DNA of 64,000 bases from the human T2T-CHM13v2.0 reference genome, Homo sapiens. This document shows, one piece after another, positions 1-64,000 of the stretch; position 1 is the stretch's first letter, and each line of letters opens with the position of its first letter. Position numbers and translations under genes: made by a program. The notes under the pieces were generated by a model. The model ran no database searches. It saw only the letters and a list, made by a program, of their open reading frames with translations, and was not told where the DNA came from. Where the stretch lies: assembly GCF_009914755.1 (NCBI RefSeq), contig NC_060930.1. One strand, 5' to 3'.

Positions 1-47
1 AACAAAAACAAAAAACCCCAAAACTCCTGATCTCTAGGTGCTCAGAC

Positions 48-84
48 ACAACAACAACAACAACAACAACAACAAACAAAACAA
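48..84. repeat. (CAA)n microsatellite
   Basis: acaacaacaacaacaacaacaacaac run. Confidence 0.85.
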
Positions 85-423
85 CCATCCCCAAACAACT
101 TCGACCTATCCTTTACTCCGCTCTTTCTCTTATACTCAGATCCAATCTGTCAGCAAACACTGTTGGTTCTACTTTCAAAATACCCCCAAAATTTGTACTT
201 TCATCTTAGCAGTGTACTGTTTCCATTGTTTTGATGAAAATATACAAATAATTAAACCTCTCTTTATCACTGGAATTAAATATGTATTTATCAACAGCCA
301 GATATGAAACTTTACATAATCCCGTTTCAATGTATAATGGTTTGGGAGCACTGGAGAAATGATTGTTATCAAGAAGGTATATTATAGAGTAAAACTTTAC
401 AAATTAACTGTTTTTCATGCCAG

Positions 424-62628
<62,205 letters not shown>

Positions 62629-63544
62629 GTATGTAGCATTTGGTGCAGGGGAAAGTAATCTTGAAATCATGAAACTCTTTCAAAATTTTGATTGAATCTG
62701 CAGTCATAAAGTTGTCATCTCCATGACAAATGTTTGCTAATTCACACTCTTGAGTTTTGTAACAGCAATTTGGGGCAACAGCTCTGATTCTTTTCTCTCT
62801 TTTGTACTCTCTTTGGATCCTCCCTCCCCCTCTCTTTGTACATTTCCCTGACTCCATTGCTTTTGCTAATGTCGAATGTGGCTTTTGTTCCGGGCCTTGG
62901 GTTTGGGCCTATAGGAAAGTGGCAAATAGAACATTGTGATCCCTCAGTTCAAGACCATTCATGCCAACCTTGCTCAGGCTCTTGGTACTACGTAGCTTAC
63001 TGAGTCCAGCTTTGGTGCTTGCATCTAATAAGGTGTTAATTTTAAGGTGAGAGTAGACAAGGGCAGGATTCCAACATTCCTGACTCCCTTAGGGATTCTG
63101 TTACTATTGATATTTTAATTCAACTACCAATGTGGGATATTCAGTGTTTCCTAGACACTGTTCCCAGTGCTCTAAACCCCCGTCCCCATGTTTTTGCTTA
63201 TACTATTTCTACTAACCAAAATGTCTTTCTCTACCTCCACTTATATCCTAGATAAAAATCTCAGATATTCTTCAAAGTCCACATCCACCACTACCTCCAT
63301 CAAGACTTTTCTGTGTCCCCAGCTCAATATAACCTGTCCTGAATCCTCACAATGTCTTGTTTGCACTCATGTTGTGGACTTAGAATCTGACTTAAATTAT
63401 TGTTCTTTGCACATTTATCTTTTATTTCTATTGTACCATGAACTCCTTTTTGGCCAAGTTTTATTCATCTTTACATGTTCTGCACTGCTCTTTTTGAGTA
63501 GGAATTCTGATATTTATTGAATTTAAGTGAATTAATCAAAGTGT

Positions 63545-63760
63545 GTCATCATTATAGAAAAAAAGAACCAGGAAAATAATGTGGTCATCTTGATGAATAT
63601 GAAAAGAAGCACTTGGTAAAATTCAATGCTCATTCATGATCAAATTTCCAGCAAACTGGGAGAGATCTTCCTTAATTAGATAGTTTCTTTTTACAAAAAG
63701 CCATAACAAACATCCTATTTAGTGGTGAAATGTTGAAAGATTTCCTCCTGAGATCAGTGC
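63545..63760 (+). mobile_element. L1M ORF2 fragment
   Basis: aaaagaagcacttggtaaaattcaatgctcattcatgat resembles the EKAFDKIQH region. Confidence 0.6.
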
Positions 63761-64000
63761 TTCTCATCCAAGTGGATATAGCCCAGTGCTCGGAAGCACA
63801 CCTAAATACCCCACCTCATCAATACTCCAGAACACGATACATCAGTCTATGTTTACTAAGAAAACCCAGGGAAATCCTAGAATGGACCAGGCAATGTAAA
63901 TAGAAGAGAAGAGTTAAAAGAAATAGTGTCCATTTCCACGAAGCTTCTTAGGAGCCACATTTTCAGGGGTGCACAAATGTGGTATACCAGAACACTTCTA

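Noticed and set aside
38-307. Poly-Asn ORF
   Set aside because: A (CAA)n microsatellite plus an L2 remnant, with no coding support.

Overview
This is primate genomic DNA, very likely human: AT-rich and dense in Alu, L1, L2, MIR and LTR elements. The whole window lies inside one + strand axonemal dynein heavy chain gene of the outer-arm gamma/DNAH5-DNAH8 class, which I recognise as DNAH8. I resolved 30 internal GT-AG coding exons (424..62628). Together they are 4808 nt and join in a single open frame (2 nt + 1602 codons) with consistent phases. They encode the end of AAA1, then AAA2, AAA3, AAA4, the coiled-coil stalk with the microtubule-binding domain, and the start of AAA5. Nearly all other listed ORFs are artefacts of repeats or simple sequence. 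I see no prokaryotic-type novel system. The most notable unexplained structures are: (1) a composite templated-insertion/hairpin at ~5915-5991; (2) a highly non-consensus AAG|GTCCTA splice donor; (3) minor-spliceosome-like signals at two introns; (4) an intact antisense solo HERV-H LTR7 with a 5-bp target-site duplication (TSD), downstream of a strong antisense 3' splice site; (5) an Alu-L1 fusion inside one TSD; and (6) an ancient inverted duplication within an L1. Repeat family names come from recognition by eye, and repeat coordinates are approximate.
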